Positions 29,376-40,955 of a DNA stretch of 64,000 bases are shown here, piece after piece. The notes beneath the pieces were generated by a model. It ran no database searches and was not told the origin of the DNA. It was given only the letters and a program-made list of their open reading frames with translations. The number at the start of each line of letters is the position of its first letter. Positions within the stretch are counted from its first letter, which is position 1. The stretch comes from Trypanosoma brucei. Lineage: Eukaryota. Location of the stretch: the NCBI GenBank assembly GCA_000002445.1, contig CH464491.1, forward strand, positions 2,400,001-2,464,000. Reading direction: 5' to 3'. The position numbers were made by a program, and so were the translations under genes.

Positions 29376-29685
29376 GATTTCCCTGCAAAAAAATGTGTTT
29401 GACTTTTTGCTCTTATGGAACAGGTTGCGACACCACTTTTGCTACGTACCTGGTGCCGATTGAGGCTGTAACGCCGGGTATTTACGCCGTTTGGGGCTTT
29501 TTGTTGAAACCTCTATGTCACATGCTGCCTTTTACTGCTTGGTCGATTCTATCTTTGTTGCGGATCCAAACAGTGCTCTTTGTTTTGTTCCCACAATCTT
29601 TCTTTCGCAACAGATATTGTGGTGCATTGGTGGCGATACAAAAAAGTATTGAAAAATATAAATAAAAAAAAATATATTAACATTA

Positions 29686-31137
29686 TTGGCATCAGAGGGA
29701 ATTCGCTTCTCTGCACTGGGTGAAGGAATGACGGGGTTCCGTCTCCCGGTAGTTGGGCACCAGTACTGTGTCCTTTGTCCGGTGTGTAGCAACACTGTTT
29801 CGTTTAGTTGTCAGAGTGCCAATATTTACGGTGTGAAATGTTATTTGTGCCATACACACATTAATCTGCAGAACCCCTCGGAGCCACTAACCCCAGATGA
29901 CCCCGGTGTCCTTCCCAAGCACAGTTTTGATGATAGCGTTAGCAGCAGGGGAGTGCGTTATTCTATGGAGGTGAGGGAATCAAGTGGTGGCTCGGCAAGC
30001 GCCCAAGTCGCCATGCTGATAAGCAAAATGACCAAGGAGCAAAGACATATCATGTCAAAAGGTCCGTACAGCGAAGTACAAGAGGTCTTCTCGGCTCGCC
30101 GTATCCAAGCGATATCAGATAAAATATGGTTTCTGCACCCTCTGGTTTACTGTGTTGAATATCTTTTCTTTGGTGATAAACCGGTAGCGGAGGTAGGCAA
30201 TGTCCGTCTTTTTCGTCGCGAGTTTCCCGTTGTGGGCCATTTTTACATACCTGTGGTTAAAACTTCCACCTCTTCTGCCGTTCCACTCACCATTATTATC
30301 GTGTTTACAGGCGTCCTCACATACATTACACACGTTGTGGGCGAACCGCACTTGTGGCACAATATGAAGCTTATCTTTATGCTGTTTTTGCCCCTTTGTG
30401 GATCACTGTGGGCAACAGTGTACAGCGACCCTGGGTACGCGCGACCAACCTTCCCGTCCGTTCCCTCCCTAGCAGCTGATGGTCCATCGCCGTGGGAAGT
30501 GGAGGGCGGGGTGCAGCAGGAGCGTGAGAGTTCCTGGGAAGATGTAAATGGACAAAGCGTGGAACGGCGTTGGTGCAGTGCCTGCGGGATTCATCGCCCA
30601 CTTCGTGCAGCGCATTGCTATTTCTGCGGAATGTGCGTTAATGAGCAGGATCACCATTGTGGTGTTATTGGCGTGTGTGTTGGCCGTCGAAACATCGGTA
30701 TGTTCCTTTTGTTTGTCCTTATTTGCATCGCCGCTATGGTACTTACGGTCACAACTGCGGCGCTGGTGCTTCGCAGTTGTGTCTCGCAAAACATGGGTGG
30801 GATGGATGCCGCTGCCGCCGATAGTAAGGGTAGGGGATGCAAAGCGATGACACCTCTTCTCTATGCACTTTTAGTTACAACACTGGTTGTGGCTGTTTTC
30901 CTTCTTCTTGGGACACTGCCTTTGTTTGTTTCTGTGATAGCTGGTGTTTTAACAGCAACAACAACAAGGGAGCGTCTGAAACACATATACCCTAGTGGCC
31001 GGAGTCCGTTTGACAGGGGTATTCTGCGCAACGCGTGGGACTTCATAACACGAGGAAAGCCCGCCTCTATTATTGATGACAGGTTCGTTTCTCAGTGCCT
31101 AATGCAAGCGGAGAAGGCAGATGATTTCATACTGTAA
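29686..31137 (+). CDS. zDHHC-type protein S-palmitoyltransferase
   Basis: The canonical DHHC cysteine-rich domain is CSACGIHRPLRAAHCYFCGMCVNEQDHHCGVIGVCVGRRN, flanked by at least 4 predicted TM helices. There is an additional N-terminal C-x2-C...C-x2-C motif (CVLCPVCS...CYLCH). Confidence 0.85.
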   Translation: MASEGIRFSALGEGMTGFRLPVVGHQYCVLCPVCSNTVSFSCQSANIYGVKCYLCHTHINLQNPSEPLTPDDPGVLPKHSFDDSVSSRGVRYSMEVRESSGGSASAQVAMLISKMTKEQRHIMSKGPYSEVQEVFSARRIQAISDKIWFLHPLVYCVEYLFFGDKPVAEVGNVRLFRREFPVVGHFYIPVVKTSTSSAVPLTIIIVFTGVLTYITHVVGEPHLWHNMKLIFMLFLPLCGSLWATVYSDPGYARPTFPSVPSLAADGPSPWEVEGGVQQERESSWEDVNGQSVERRWCSACGIHRPLRAAHCYFCGMCVNEQDHHCGVIGVCVGRRNIGMFLLFVLICIAAMVLTVTTAALVLRSCVSQNMGGMDAAAADSKGRGCKAMTPLLYALLVTTLVVAVFLLLGTLPLFVSVIAGVLTATTTRERLKHIYPSGRSPFDRGILRNAWDFITRGKPASIIDDRFVSQCLMQAEKADDFIL

Positions 31138-31950
31138 GGGTGGGCAATGTGCACCGTTGTCGAGGTATGGCACCCTCGAACTTCAACGCGGTTATTTGGT
31201 GTTGCCTCAGTCAATACTTCATTGGGTTCCCTTTACACAAATGGGGCGCCGCCCTATGGACCTCAGTTGTTGAAGGTTACCTCGTTGAAGTGAGTCTCAG
31301 GGAAATACACGCGGAGAGAACTGCAACGGCATGTCAGAAATCTCGGGGTCAAAAAGGGGAACCTCTCAAATGTTCGCTGCACACTGCGGCTGCCATGACA
31401 CACAGTGATATATACGACGATCATCATCCTTTATTTGGGTAACGGCAAAAAAACTTACCGTGTTTTGTGGAGAGATCACAAGGTTTACCCCGATGCCCTG
31501 GTGCGGACACACGATGAGGCAAAGGGCAGTGCGGCATATATATGTTACCCTTACTTCCCTCCCCTAACCACCTATGTTTTTCCATTTAAAGGAAATCTGC
31601 TTCTTGGATTGTGGCTCGTGTGACACACGTGATTTTTCCCTTCACCCCGCTTTCCTTCACCCGTTCCCACTTTCTAATCCTTCCTATGCATTCCACAACG
31701 AACGCACATGTACGCATACTTGGGTTTAAGGGGAAGCACGTAGCTGCCGTCCCTCTAACTGCTCAGTTACTGTTTCTGTGTTAGGGTGCTTGACAAGTAA
31801 ATTATACGGTTGTATTTATTTATACGCAAGCATCTGTAGAGATCACAGGGGCTATTTTTAGTAGTTTTTTTAATTTCTGCCCTTGGATTGCGACACATTA
31901 GCGCTACCCTTACGATATTAACATAGCTAAGGAGAGGGCCCGTAGTTGAA

Positions 31951-34900
31951 ATGGGAGCCGACGACGAGCAGCAGAGGAACAAAAGCCATAAGGCCCGTGT
32001 TGTGGGCAGTAAAGCGGTGAAAAAGGAGGAGTACCGTAAGAAAAAGGCGGGTATCGAACTCCAACCTAACCGTGGTAGCAATACAAAGGCCTTTCAGGGA
32101 CCTACAGCCAGTAGCCGAAAGGGACAGCAGTTGCTGAGAAGTCTTGAGAAGCGGGAAACAGCATTACATGTTCCCGTAGTGGACAAGACCCTGCGGCACG
32201 TCGTAGCAGAACCACCGCTGCTCGTTGCTGTTGTTGGTCCACCAGGTGTGGGGAAGTCAACGCTCATTCGCTCCATGGTGAAGTTCTACAGCAACCGTAA
32301 CGTTCAGGTGGTACGGGGGCTCATTACTGTTGTTGCTGGGCGTAGCCGCCGTGTGACGTTTCTTGAGTGCCCCAATACATTGACGGCGATGTGCGACGTA
32401 GCAAAAGTTGCTGATCTGATTTTATTGATGGTCGATGGTAGTTTTGGGTTTGAAATGGAAACATTTGAATTTTTGAACATCGCGCAAGTGCACGGTTTTC
32501 CTCGTATGTTCGGAATCGTCTCGCACCTTGACCAATTGAAGACAGGGAAAGCTCTACGAAAAAAAAAGAGATTTTTACGACACCGCTTTTGGCATGAGGT
32601 GGCTGCAGGGGCCAAGGTGCTTTGTCTGGCGCCGATGGTACGTGGGATGTACCGTTCAACTGATGTACTGAAGCTGCACCGCCTGCTCATATGTGTAGAG
32701 CCGAAGATACAAAATTGGCGTAATACGCACAGTTGTGTAGTGGTTGACCGCTACGAAGACATCACAGCTCCGCAAAACGTTGTCGACAATGAGAAGTGCA
32801 ATCGTACCATTGCGTTCTATGGCTACGCGCGGGGAAGGCCAATGAAGGTGGAGCAGCTTGTTCACATCCCAGGACTCGGCGATTTCCCCATCATGCATTT
32901 GTCCCATCAGGACGATCCCTGTGCATTTGACGAAAAAAACGCCAGGGGCGAGAGTAAATCACAGGGGCACAAGATGCGCCACCTCGGTATGAAGCAAAAA
33001 AGAATATATGCTCCCTACTGTGATGTCAGTGGTGTTGTGTACGATGACGATGCAATTTACATTCAAGAGGATGCGGAGAAGTCCACAATTGAGCGTTCGG
33101 GTGAGGGTCTACGACTAATACGGGACCTCCAGCGCGTGAAACCGATCGATGCAGCCGCCACTGCACTTGAAGTGGTGCGCCGGCCAGTTGTTTTTCGTGG
33201 TGAGGATACTATGGAACTGGACATGGGGGATGTGAAGGGGTCGAATACTTCGGTTAGTGATGATGGAGAGGAAAAGGCAACTGAAAGCAGTGACGACAGC
33301 GACTGGGATAGCGGTGAGATGGCTAGCTCCGCAGCAGCAGTGAAGAAGGACTTGTTACTCTACGGTCCCGGTGGTGGTGATGACGGGCTTCGTGTCAACA
33401 ATCCTAGTGCTGATGATGCAGCGGGGCTGGCGCCCCGGGGGCGTGGAGCACCCGATTCCGTTCGTGAGAACACTATCCGTAACGACTGGTCTAACACCGA
33501 TTTGCTTCGCCGTTTGAAAAACCTCTTCGTGACGGGAAATTGGGATTCACCAAATGACGATGTCGGTGATGCTGCCAGTAGCGGTGCTGAGACTGAAGGC
33601 AGTAAAGGATATGAGAGCGAGGATGAGGAGTTTGATGCCATTATCCGTGGTGAAGCGCCACTTGACTCCACCAATGTGAAGGATGAGCATGAAGAGAACG
33701 TTGACGATGAGGGCAATGCCGAAACCGACGAAGAGGAGTGGGACGGTGATGGAGAAACCACCGACTGGGGTGCCTTTCGGCCGCGGGACGCACTCGCAAA
33801 CGTCGGTCATACGTCCAAGGGGACCGTGCCTCACATGAGGAATTTCAGGGCTGCCGAAGCATATGGCAGTATAACCGGAGGAAGGAAAGGTGCAGACAAT
33901 GACGATATGACTGATGGCAGCTGCTACGACATTCTTGCCGAAGAGGGCGATGATGCTGTGGTTGATAGTGCTGCTTTGTCGGACCCCGAATTAGATGGAC
34001 TTGTTGCGACATTCTTAGCACCTCATGATGCATCTGCCAAAAGGGCAGAAACATCATCTGCCGCTCTTCGTGACGACGATGATAGTGCCATCCAATTTTA
34101 TGACCCCAACCACTTTTCTAAGAAGAACGACACTGCTGACGACCACAACGACGAGATGGAGGAAACGACCGCGATAGTAGGTGGAAAGCCTCTGACGGAG
34201 GAGCAAGAACGGTTGCTTCAGAAAAGAATGGCAAAGAAGAAGGCCTTCAACGAGTTATACGACATGGGTGGAAAGAATAATACGTACTCGCACTACCACG
34301 AGATGACACGCGAAGTCGAAGCAAAGAAGGAGCGACTGGACACGGCGTTGCAGGAAGTGGGGCATGATATCACGAATAAAATAAAACTTGTTGGCCACTT
34401 TAGCGGGCTGTATGTACGCTTTGTGCTGGAAAATGTCCCTGTTGAGTTTGTGCAGCTTTTTGACCCCTCAGTCCCCATTATTGCCGGGGGTGTAAATGCT
34501 GGAGAGGACCAGTTTCAAGTTGTACACGCAAAGTTAAAGCGCCACCGCTGGTTTCCAAAGATACTCAAAGCACAGGATCCGCTTTTGCTCTCTATGGGGT
34601 GGCGTCGCTTTCAGACACAACCTATACTGGCCACTGAGGATCCTAACGGCCGCATGCGGTACCTCAAGTACACTCCAATGCACATGCACTGTGCCGCTGC
34701 ATTTTATGCCCCAGTGGCACCTGCGAACACTGGCTTCGTTGCAATCCCCGTGCGTGAGCAGCGCTCGCCGAACTTCCGCATTTCTTGCACAGGCTACACT
34801 GTTGGGAATGACCTCGCCTCGAACATTGTAAAGAAGTTAAAGTTGATCGGCACACCACAAAAGATCATGAAAACCACTGCATTTATCAAGGGTATGTTCA

Positions 34901-35601
34901 ACAGCGACTTGGAGGCTGCGAAATACGTTGGGGCAAAGCTGAAAACTGTCGCCGGCATACGTGGTATTGTCAAGACAGTTTTGAAGGGAAAGAATGGCCT
35001 CATCCGTGCAACCTTTGAGGACAAAATCTTCCCCTCCGATATCGTCTTCTGCCGAGCATGGAAAATGGTTGAGCCGCCTAAATATTGCTCAATCCAGCGC
35101 AACCTCGTGGACGCGGAATGGGTGGGGATGCGACCCATGCGGGAGTTGCGTTGGGCGCACGGTGTGCCGTTGGAATCCAAGAGCGACTCCGAATATCGTG
35201 AAATTAGGCGTCGTAACCGGGCGACTGTAGATGACGATGATGGAAAGGGCAAGACCCCTGATGTGCTCCTCTCGCGCAACCAAAGGCTGAAGTTACCTTT
35301 CAGTTTGAAGGAAGAATATATACCCCTGAAACGCAGCACCGCACTTCAGGAGCAAATTGCTGGTGCAACAACAGTTGCACCAGAGCCACGGGATATGCGC
35401 CGAACAGCGCTGCTAGACATATTAAACGAAAAAACAGAAGCGATGTGGAGGAAAAAAGTTGAGGCGAAGAAGCGAGTCCGTGAACGTCACTTGCGTGAGT
35501 CAAAGGCTGAGGAGGAAGAATACCAACGGCGACTCAAGAAGGCAAAGAAGGAAACGGCACGCCTTCGTGAGTTTCGGTCACAGCACAAGTCACGGAAGTA
35601 A
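31951..35601 (+). CDS. BMS1: Ribosome biogenesis GTPase BMS1 homologue
   Basis: 1216 aa. The N-terminal P-loop (VAVVGPPGVGKSTLIRSMVKFY) and the GTP-binding region are followed by long acidic D/E/S-rich insertions and a conserved C-terminal AARP2CN/DUF663-like region. The C-terminal tail is basic (KKRVRERHLRESKAEEEEYQRRLKKAKKE). This architecture is characteristic of BMS1 rather than its paralogue TSR1, which lacks the intact P-loop. Confidence 0.78.
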   Translation: MGADDEQQRNKSHKARVVGSKAVKKEEYRKKKAGIELQPNRGSNTKAFQGPTASSRKGQQLLRSLEKRETALHVPVVDKTLRHVVAEPPLLVAVVGPPGVGKSTLIRSMVKFYSNRNVQVVRGLITVVAGRSRRVTFLECPNTLTAMCDVAKVADLILLMVDGSFGFEMETFEFLNIAQVHGFPRMFGIVSHLDQLKTGKALRKKKRFLRHRFWHEVAAGAKVLCLAPMVRGMYRSTDVLKLHRLLICVEPKIQNWRNTHSCVVVDRYEDITAPQNVVDNEKCNRTIAFYGYARGRPMKVEQLVHIPGLGDFPIMHLSHQDDPCAFDEKNARGESKSQGHKMRHLGMKQKRIYAPYCDVSGVVYDDDAIYIQEDAEKSTIERSGEGLRLIRDLQRVKPIDAAATALEVVRRPVVFRGEDTMELDMGDVKGSNTSVSDDGEEKATESSDDSDWDSGEMASSAAAVKKDLLLYGPGGGDDGLRVNNPSADDAAGLAPRGRGAPDSVRENTIRNDWSNTDLLRRLKNLFVTGNWDSPNDDVGDAASSGAETEGSKGYESEDEEFDAIIRGEAPLDSTNVKDEHEENVDDEGNAETDEEEWDGDGETTDWGAFRPRDALANVGHTSKGTVPHMRNFRAAEAYGSITGGRKGADNDDMTDGSCYDILAEEGDDAVVDSAALSDPELDGLVATFLAPHDASAKRAETSSAALRDDDDSAIQFYDPNHFSKKNDTADDHNDEMEETTAIVGGKPLTEEQERLLQKRMAKKKAFNELYDMGGKNNTYSHYHEMTREVEAKKERLDTALQEVGHDITNKIKLVGHFSGLYVRFVLENVPVEFVQLFDPSVPIIAGGVNAGEDQFQVVHAKLKRHRWFPKILKAQDPLLLSMGWRRFQTQPILATEDPNGRMRYLKYTPMHMHCAAAFYAPVAPANTGFVAIPVREQRSPNFRISCTGYTVGNDLASNIVKKLKLIGTPQKIMKTTAFIKGMFNSDLEAAKYVGAKLKTVAGIRGIVKTVLKGKNGLIRATFEDKIFPSDIVFCRAWKMVEPPKYCSIQRNLVDAEWVGMRPMRELRWAHGVPLESKSDSEYREIRRRNRATVDDDDGKGKTPDVLLSRNQRLKLPFSLKEEYIPLKRSTALQEQIAGATTVAPEPRDMRRTALLDILNEKTEAMWRKKVEAKKRVRERHLRESKAEEEEYQRRLKKAKKETARLREFRSQHKSRK

Positions 35602-36953
35602 TGGTGGTGGACCACAAGTATGTATAAATATTTGTGTGCCTCACATGCGTATGTGTGCATGTTACTGCATAATAATATGATGGCGATGGTGTAACACACC
35701 CTGCAGATTCGTATTAAATGAGCGGGATTTGTTGCGATCAAGTATGGGTGCCATGACAGGGTGTAATAGATGATAGAAGGAACAGAGGAGACGGAGGTTC
35801 GCATAGCGAGTTGAGGAGCACCGATAGACGACTGCAAGAAAAGAAAGAAAGCGTTTTCTTTTTAATGTGGGGGAAGCGATGACGGCGGCTTTGTGTGAAA
35901 GTATCGGAGAACTACACGTCGGCGATTAGCTGATGTTCTTCAATTCCATTACATTGGGAATTTGTTGCCCGAGTCTTCGTTTGTGGTTGTTGCTGGCGCT
36001 CTTCTTGGGCTCCTTTTCATCCGTTCTCTCTTGATTGTACCATCTCTTTGTAACCCTGAGCCTTGGGGTGTAACAGTTTCCTTCTAACCGTTTAAACTGA
36101 GTTTCGAGTGGTTGAGTTTGAAGCAAGAAGAAATTAAAGAGACTAAAAAGAACACGTAATTTATCTATTTTAAAAAAACAATAAAAAAATAAGCAGTCGG
36201 TACCAATTTGCAGCGGCGGAGCAATGAGGTCTAAATCTCGAGCAATGCTTGACATTAGTGTGGTGCTCAGGTAGACTTGCGAAGTTAAGCGTACGGCTAC
36301 TGTGTTTCTTCCTTTGCCCCTAACCATTTCTTCCCCCCCCCGCCAGCTGACTAGGAAGTTACTAGCACACCAACCTAAATTAAGATCGGGATGGCCATCT
36401 TTCCCTGCACGGGTACAGTCGACGAGCTTTGATCAACCGAGAATCCAAAAGTTACTCATTGGTGGAGCTACCCGTACACACCTTCAGAAAGTTGTGGAAA
36501 ACAGTAAGGGGAGGAAATGATATTACGTTGCGATCAGTTCTCTCCCCTAATATATTCGGTTTTGTTTGGCTGGGGCGTTGGTGCTAATATTCACTATCAT
36601 TGTAAAAAAAACTGATGCTAGGGGTCTTATCAATCTGCACTTTTAAGTCATGTTTCTGGGGTGTCAGTTGAAAGCACCGGCAACAGGTTCGCGGAAGTCT
36701 ATCTCCTCAAATACACCTCCGCCAAAGCACGTATTCAGTATATTTTCCGTATTTCTGGAAAGTTGATGTGTGTGCGTGCATTGATCCTCAAGGTTGTAAC
36801 AACCGAGTGCTGGTTTGCTTCACCAACTTGTTGGCCCATTTTCCCCGTCCTTTCATTTGTCTTTCTACATGCGCACCTCGGCGGCGTGTCTTAGAGACCC
36901 GAGCTTCTGCAGCGAAGGAAACTGGTGGAGTTTTTGAGGTCCCGTTTTCCACC

Positions 36954-38228
36954 ATGTTGCTACCTTGCACACCGCATCCGCCGGTGTCGCTGCTATTATT
37001 TCTTCAATCGGCCCCGCCTCGAAAGACTTTCGATGCTTTCATTGAAGACTGCAAGCTTTGTGGGATGTCGTGGTGCTCGCCTGCTGCGCAACAGCTCTGT
37101 GTTGCTCTGATTATCCGCAACCCACTGGTCAAGAAGTATCCACCGCGGCCGTCGAACATATATGCTTTCTTGAAACATTTCATCTTTGAGCTCGAGCAGA
37201 TCCATAGTGGTACGGCGGGTGCTGAGGATCCTGACGGAGAGGATCCCATCCATCAAGATTTAATGGAAGCATATATTGAGTACATGGAGCTTTCCGGGCG
37301 CAGTGATCAAAAGTCATTTTGCTATCGGACGTATTTCGACCCGAACGCTAGCGAGAAGTATGTTTCTGTCCGTTTGGCTGTTGGGCAATTCACCAATGTG
37401 GGACTGGCACTCTGGCCATCTGCCTTTGTACTTGTTCAACTTTTGGCGCGGGAGTTGTCGGAGCCGTCCCCAAGTGTGGTACCGTTTCCACTGGAAGGAG
37501 AACTCCGACTACTGGAATTGGGGGCCGGTGTCGGACTGCTGCCACTTTTGCTGAAGCGGCAGCGTGCGTATGAGGATAGGGTTTGTTGTTGCATACTCAC
37601 GGAGTATCAGCAGGAGCTTGTCGACAACATAACATTCAACTTGGCATTACAAGATATAGTGGTGGCGGAGGCTGTAACCTCCGATACCCCTAATAGTGGA
37701 GGACCACTTCACGCGGTGGCACTACTCGATTGGAGAGAACATGAACAAAACCAGGTTAAGCTTCGAAATTGGGGGTGCAACCTCATTCTAGCTGCTGACT
37801 GTGTATATGATGTGTCACTGATTCAACCTTTTGTTAGGACCTTGCACGATGCCCTAAGTGCTACAAATGGTTGCGGTGGCGCTGTTGTCGTGCAGACACA
37901 TCGGCAAAGGGAAACAATTCAACGTTTATTTGCGGTCCTGGAAGAAGCCGGGTTAAGTGTTTGTTCTTACCGTCTGGCGTGCGGGGTACCGTCCGCTGGG
38001 CGGTCGCACGACATCACTCTCACATTTCCACGTTCTGTGTCGGTGCACACTGGGGATGGTAGTGTATGTTGTTTTGCGCTCGAGCGGGACGAAGTGAGCC
38101 CGTCTGGAATCTTTAAAGGGCTCGAGGGTATTGAAAACAGCGTTGTGAGCGGTTGGATTGGGCCCTTTTTTACTTCGATGGAGGCCGTGGTGGGCGTCCA
38201 TGTGATTCGACTGAGGTCGATTTGTTAG
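36954..38228 (+). CDS. Putative protein-lysine methyltransferase (Methyltransf_16 / FAM86-METTL21-like seven-beta-strand MTase)
   Basis: Motif I-like LLELGAGVGLLPLLL and a post-II-like ILAADCVYD are separated by the spacing seen in Methyltransf_16 family members. The + ORF opens at 36768, but the codons between 36768 and 36954 are Cys/low-complexity. ATG 36954 (MLLPCTPHPP) is my preferred start. The start is uncertain. Confidence 0.5.
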   Translation: MLLPCTPHPPVSLLLFLQSAPPRKTFDAFIEDCKLCGMSWCSPAAQQLCVALIIRNPLVKKYPPRPSNIYAFLKHFIFELEQIHSGTAGAEDPDGEDPIHQDLMEAYIEYMELSGRSDQKSFCYRTYFDPNASEKYVSVRLAVGQFTNVGLALWPSAFVLVQLLARELSEPSPSVVPFPLEGELRLLELGAGVGLLPLLLKRQRAYEDRVCCCILTEYQQELVDNITFNLALQDIVVAEAVTSDTPNSGGPLHAVALLDWREHEQNQVKLRNWGCNLILAADCVYDVSLIQPFVRTLHDALSATNGCGGAVVVQTHRQRETIQRLFAVLEEAGLSVCSYRLACGVPSAGRSHDITLTFPRSVSVHTGDGSVCCFALERDEVSPSGIFKGLEGIENSVVSGWIGPFFTSMEAVVGVHVIRLRSIC

Positions 38229-38890
38229 ATGAACAGGGGATAATACTTCTCATCCCACAGGTCAAGTACCGTTGCGCTTCGTATACTGTGTGCGCGTGGG
38301 GAACAGCGCGGCGTGACAGAACACAACTCCAGTAACTCCCTATTGTTTTCCGGCACTCCACCCTCTGAGCGGTGCAATCACTCATGAGCAGCACATTCTG
38401 TCATTATTTGTCTATTTTTTGTACTCGTGTTGTACCTGCTAACAACATCTACATTATTCCACTTAACTTCTTTTCTCTTCGGTATTGTTGCGGTTGTCGT
38501 TTCCATCAGCTGCGCATACACAAGTGTTCGCTTGGAGGAGCATTTGTTACTTCTACCGAATCTAGCAGGTGAGGTGCAGCTCTTGCAGTTTGATTGAAGG
38601 CTTTGTTGACTACGACATAGTTGTACAAAGGAAAAATACAGAAATCGGGCAGACGTGAAAGCTGAGCCCCAAGCTTTCGTTGTCAATACCTACCGACTCG
38701 TCTAGGCCCTGTAAGTTAACCGTGTAACTGAAGATTGACTGTCCGAGACAGTGCGGTGGTAATCGGGAGGCACAACAGCCCCGCGGGGAGGAAGCAAGTG
38801 ACTAAGGTTGCCATCATTTGTGTAGTGGCCCTCCGGCCTGCACTGCTTGTTGTGAAAAAAAACAAGAGGGACAAATAGCAAGAACAGTCA

Positions 38891-39751
38891 ATGGTCTTTT
38901 CAATTCCCTCATATCTTTGCCTTGGCGATCGTCCCAAGAAGGTGGTAGATGAACGGTTGCATGGTGTAAACTTTTTGACGTCACGTCCCAAAACAGGTCA
39001 CTACCCCGATGCATTGTTCGATAAGGAATTCCGTTACGTGTACAATGGGGACCGGTACCCCGATCCTGAAACGATGGCACGTCGAGAGCAGATGGAAAAT
39101 CGTAAGCGATACATAACGGCTACCGGTTTCATAAGTGTTTTTCGCCCAAAGAAGGGCGAAGGACTTGGCTCTAACTACGGCCTACTCCAACAAGAACCCT
39201 ACATACACATGCCCGATCACCCGCAGACCCGCGGACCGCAACCCTTCCCGAAGGTTAAACCGCGGCAGATATACACATCACCCAGTAAGGCTGGGAGTTA
39301 TGGAACTCCGGGGCTAGCGATAACTGACATTGGCAATGAATACATTGCTACCATATACGATCAAGAGCGCATTAATGCGAAGAAGGAACGAGATGTGTGG
39401 CGGCAACGCATGCCCCCCGTTCCCTTTAAACCGGTGGGGCGACGGGGTTACACATTCGACGAGGGGCCAGCTACTGGCGTGTCTATGTGCTACATAATGA
39501 CATGTCCATTCAGGGAAAAACGTGTGCAGCCGGTGATGAAGCACTTCATCATTGACAAAATGTGGCTTCCGGCTGGTTACATACCAGACCGGCCACCACC
39601 AGTAGAGTACTGGGAGGATCCTTACAATGGATTTGATCCCCGTGTGGACCCCAAGTCACGCCTGAAGAAATCAGAAGATTCAATATTTAGAACAGGTTTC
39701 CGCGGAGACAACTTTTTCTACACTCGGAGTATCGTGTTTAGGCGCCTGTGA
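38891..39751 (+). CDS. CFAP96 / C4orf47 (DUF4586)-like cilium/flagellum-associated protein
   Basis: 286 aa. The N-terminal block YLCLGDRPKK...RPKTGHYPDALFDKEFRYVYNGDRYPDPE parallels the YISVGDPY...RPKTGKGKQM...FDTQFKRIFEGEAYVDP block of vertebrate C4orf47/CFAP96 that I recall. The family is restricted to ciliated eukaryotes, which fits a flagellated kinetoplastid. Confidence 0.5.
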   Translation: MVFSIPSYLCLGDRPKKVVDERLHGVNFLTSRPKTGHYPDALFDKEFRYVYNGDRYPDPETMARREQMENRKRYITATGFISVFRPKKGEGLGSNYGLLQQEPYIHMPDHPQTRGPQPFPKVKPRQIYTSPSKAGSYGTPGLAITDIGNEYIATIYDQERINAKKERDVWRQRMPPVPFKPVGRRGYTFDEGPATGVSMCYIMTCPFREKRVQPVMKHFIIDKMWLPAGYIPDRPPPVEYWEDPYNGFDPRVDPKSRLKKSEDSIFRTGFRGDNFFYTRSIVFRRL

Positions 39752-40955
39752 TGGTGTGCTCTGGTTTCGAAGGGAAAAAGAAGGTGTTTCAAATGATGAC
39801 AAACAATAGCGAAACAACAAGGGGGTGAGCGCGATGCTTGATGATAATGATGATGATGTGTGAGCTAGAATGAACAAGAAGAAAAAAATAACGTGTCATT
39901 AGCTCGCATCTATATATATATGTATGTACATACATGCATTAGAGTGAAATTGAAGTAAGGAGGATGTGGCAGGTGGGAAAGCAATGGATAGTTTATTGCT
40001 TATTATTTAGAACATACCAGCTGCTGGAGAGATTCACGTTGGCTACACACCGTTGTTACAGGTGCTGCCTTCCACTCTATATAGGCCCCGTTTGTCAGCG
40101 ACCCAGAGGAGTTTCTCGATTACACTTCTGTAGGGGCCAGGTTAGACACATTTGGTGCATTGGCACAACGGAGGGTCCGGTTATGCATCCAATTGGACGA
40201 TGCGGGGCGAAGGGGTTTGGAGCAAACATGTGTGAAATGAGCAGGAGAGGGCGGATTTTTTGCTTACTAGTTTCTGGAAAGCACAACTGATATTTCCTGA
40301 CTTGGCTCAGAAAATTTTCCCCTTGCCATCGGGACTGCAACACCAATTTTGAGGCGTCCCTCTTCACGTTCCTCTCCCCCCTCCTTGCGTTTTGCGTCTT
40401 AATGTAGCCACGCATTGTCCTGAGACTCCCCACCACGCGTGAAGTTAACGGTTTATCACATGTATGCAAGAGTTTTTATACATTTGTATGGATCTGTTGG
40501 TGGGCATCCACTGAACGATTGTTGCCCCATCAGGCCACCCTTGCCGTCGTGTTTTGTTTGGCTGCGGAGTGCGTGCCGCGACTAGATAACTTTGTCGAGT
40601 TCATTTCTTGCTTTTGTCCTTACTTTTTTGGTTTCACCACATTTTTACATTCGCGGACGCTTTTAGTCGCAACTAAGAAGACGTGGCGACAGACACGAAC
40701 CTAAGGAACACAAGGGGTTGACAGAAAAAGAGTTCTAGATTTGAGCACCGTATTTTCGTATCGGGACGGGAAGTTTATATCAGCACCAGGTGTTTGGGAA
40801 AGAACCCTCTTCTTTTAAAGAAAGAAAACAAGATACACTTGCGCTGACTTCACGAACACAGATAAAGAGGTACACAGCGTGGAAGCAAAAAAAAAAATAA
40901 ATAGATTTTGTACTTTTAACGTCCTTGCTCTTATAAACATTTCCGGAGAAGAGGG

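Noticed and set aside
34794-35339. 181-aa minus-strand ORF inside BMS1
   Set aside because: It is antisense to the conserved C-terminal region of BMS1 and is a shadow ORF.
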